Positions 44,452-45,847 of a stretch of 45,847 nt of DNA are shown here, piece after piece; the first letter of the stretch is position 1; each line of letters starts with the position of its first letter. A model generated the notes under the pieces. The model worked only from the letters and a program-made list of their open reading frames with translations. It did no database searches and was not told where the DNA came from. This DNA is from Pelomyxa schiedti. Taxonomy: Eukaryota; Protista; Evosea. The position numbers were made by a program, and so were the translations under genes. The stretch spans positions 1-45,847 of the forward strand of contig JAHLWZ010000021.1 in assembly GCA_020536535.1 (NCBI GenBank), in the 5' to 3' direction.

Positions 44452-44541
44452 TGCTCCGGGTGGGGATCGAACCCACGACCTCAGCATGACTCAATACTGT
44501 TCTAAAAAGTACCGCGCTCTAACCAACTGAGCTACCAGAGC
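44452..44541 (-). tRNA. Intron-containing tRNA-Ile-type gene with mutated anticodon loop (CTTTTT; apparent TTT anticodon), possible pseudogene
   Basis: Identical to 23363-23452, intron included, except CTTATA to CTTTTT (AAAAA at 44504-44508 on +). Confidence 0.8.
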
Positions 44542-44639
44542 TTCAAAGTGTTCTGTTTGAAAGTACAATTGAAAATTATTTCTGAAGAATTCTTGATTTA
44601 ATGATTCTTTCTGCCACTCTTCACCCTCCCTTTCTGTGT

Positions 44640-44712
44640 GGCTTCATGGCTTAGTTGGCAAAGCGTCGCTCTCGTAAAGCGAAGATCGCGGGTTCGATTC
44701 CCACTGGAGCCT
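44640..44712 (+). tRNA. tRNA-Thr(CGT)
   Basis: Identical to the 282-354 copy (GGCTTCA variant). Confidence 0.95.
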
Positions 44713-44845
44713 ATCTTTTATTTTCCCTTTTTATTTTTGTAAGGANNNNNNNNNNNNNNNNNNNNNNNNNNNNNNNNNNNNNNNNNNNNNNNNNNNNNNN
44801 NNNNNNNNNNNNNNNNNNNNNNNNNNNNNNNNNNNNNNNNNNNNN

Positions 44846-45847
44846 AAAGCGGACACAGAACCGTGAGTCACTCACACGATACAGGCTGCGTGGTCTCGAA
44901 CATCCTTCAATCAACAGCGTAGTTACACCAGCTTCATTCACTTCCACAATTTCTGGAAGATTACGCTGGTGTTCCATCACATCTGGATTTCCATTCACAA
45001 TGAAACAGTGGGATCCACCAATTCTCTTCATTGACAGTGCTTCAGCCACCACATAGCCTGGTGGAAAAACGGCCCTCGTTTCACTCGCAATCACCAGGCT
45101 CTTGGATTTGTGAGTACTCTCCACATCAAACAAAATGAACCTGGCTGCAGTGCTGCCATAATTCTTTGTCACCACAGCCAGCATTTCACTTGAATCATTT
45201 CTCGAAAATGACAGCACAGCCACCTCGTACTCGCCAACATTGAACTCCCCAGAGATCGGAACCACAACCCTGGAATTCCGAGGCTCAACTTCGGCGAGTC
45301 TCATGATGACAACACCAACCATTCCCCCGCACTTCTCCCTCACCAGGGATTCATCATCACCTTCAGGTGCCTTGCACTCCACAACGCCCGCCACGAACCA
45401 CTTCCAGTTCACATCGCACGCTCCCAGCGAGTTCCTTGCCTTCCACAGAACCACCTCGGTCTCCTTGCTCGCCGTTGCCCCGCGCCTTCCTCCGCGCCCC
45501 TCCTCGCTGCAGCCACTGGCGCAGTCGTGCGCCAGCCACTTGAACCCCCTGCAGCCCCTGTAATGCCAGCCCACCATGCCCACCCACCGAGTGGGACTCA
45601 CCCACCACATCCTCACCACCCCCGCTGCCCCCATGCTGCCCCGCTCGTGCCCGCCGGGCTCCCTCGTGAGCGCCAGCAGCACGGGCGACACGGAGAACGC
45701 GTGCGGCCGGCTGTTGGGGGGTCTGTACGCCTCGCCGAGCACGAAGTTTGTGGCGGTCTCGGTGACGAAGGACCAGAGGAGCCTGGGGACGAGGGAGCCG
45801 CCGTGTGCGAGGGCGTCGGCGGCGAGCGGGGCCAGCCGGGAGCCGCA
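44846..45847 (-). CDS. ARxQ..RCG family protein (copy U), partial: cut by gap and window end
   Basis: Near-identical to copies D/F. Confidence 0.85.

Noticed and set aside
22225-44530. Short repeated ORFs overlapping tRNA genes (e.g. MLRSWVRSPPGA, SGSSGNRTRDLRF)
   Set aside because: Spurious translations of tRNA sequences and their flanks.
673-45608. Recurrent antisense and alternate-frame ORFs over family genes (MNSPEIGTTTL..., Arg/Gly/Pro-rich ORFs)
   Set aside because: Shadow ORFs of GC-rich duplicated coding sequence; their conservation follows from the sense-strand paralogy.

Overview
Eukaryotic, gene-dense genomic DNA with many short GT-AG introns and four 100-N scaffold gaps. A Roco GTPase, a RasGEF, Sel1 and ankyrin proteins suggest an amoebozoan-type protist; the gene families remind me of Pelomyxa/Archamoebae, which is an inference needing BLAST. 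The window is dominated by a tandem array of about 12 intact or partial intronless paralogues (plus 1-2 decayed relics) of an uncharacterised ~350-460 aa superfamily. They share an N-terminal 'A(R/K)xQ(F/L/I)...RCG' helical, possibly F-box-like, motif and a beta-rich C-terminal body. The youngest copies are sequence mosaics, and one copy has its 3' end inverted between perfect 46-bp inverted repeats. Ten intact tRNA genes (4 Thr-CGT, 3 Leu-CAA, 2 Val-TAC, 1 intron-containing Ile-TAT) plus one Ile-type copy with a mutated TTT anticodon are interspersed, mostly as divergent pairs ~100 bp apart. Other genes: a Roco protein with an apparent N-terminal pseudo-GTPase and a truncated pseudokinase, a small ankyrin protein, a proline-rich RasGEF, a degenerate-ankyrin protein with an in-frame TAG, two Sel1 paralogues, a probable GPI-anchored surface protein, a PTTG1IP-like PSI-domain membrane protein and two hypothetical genes. 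Exon boundaries were read by eye, so spliced gene spans are approximate.
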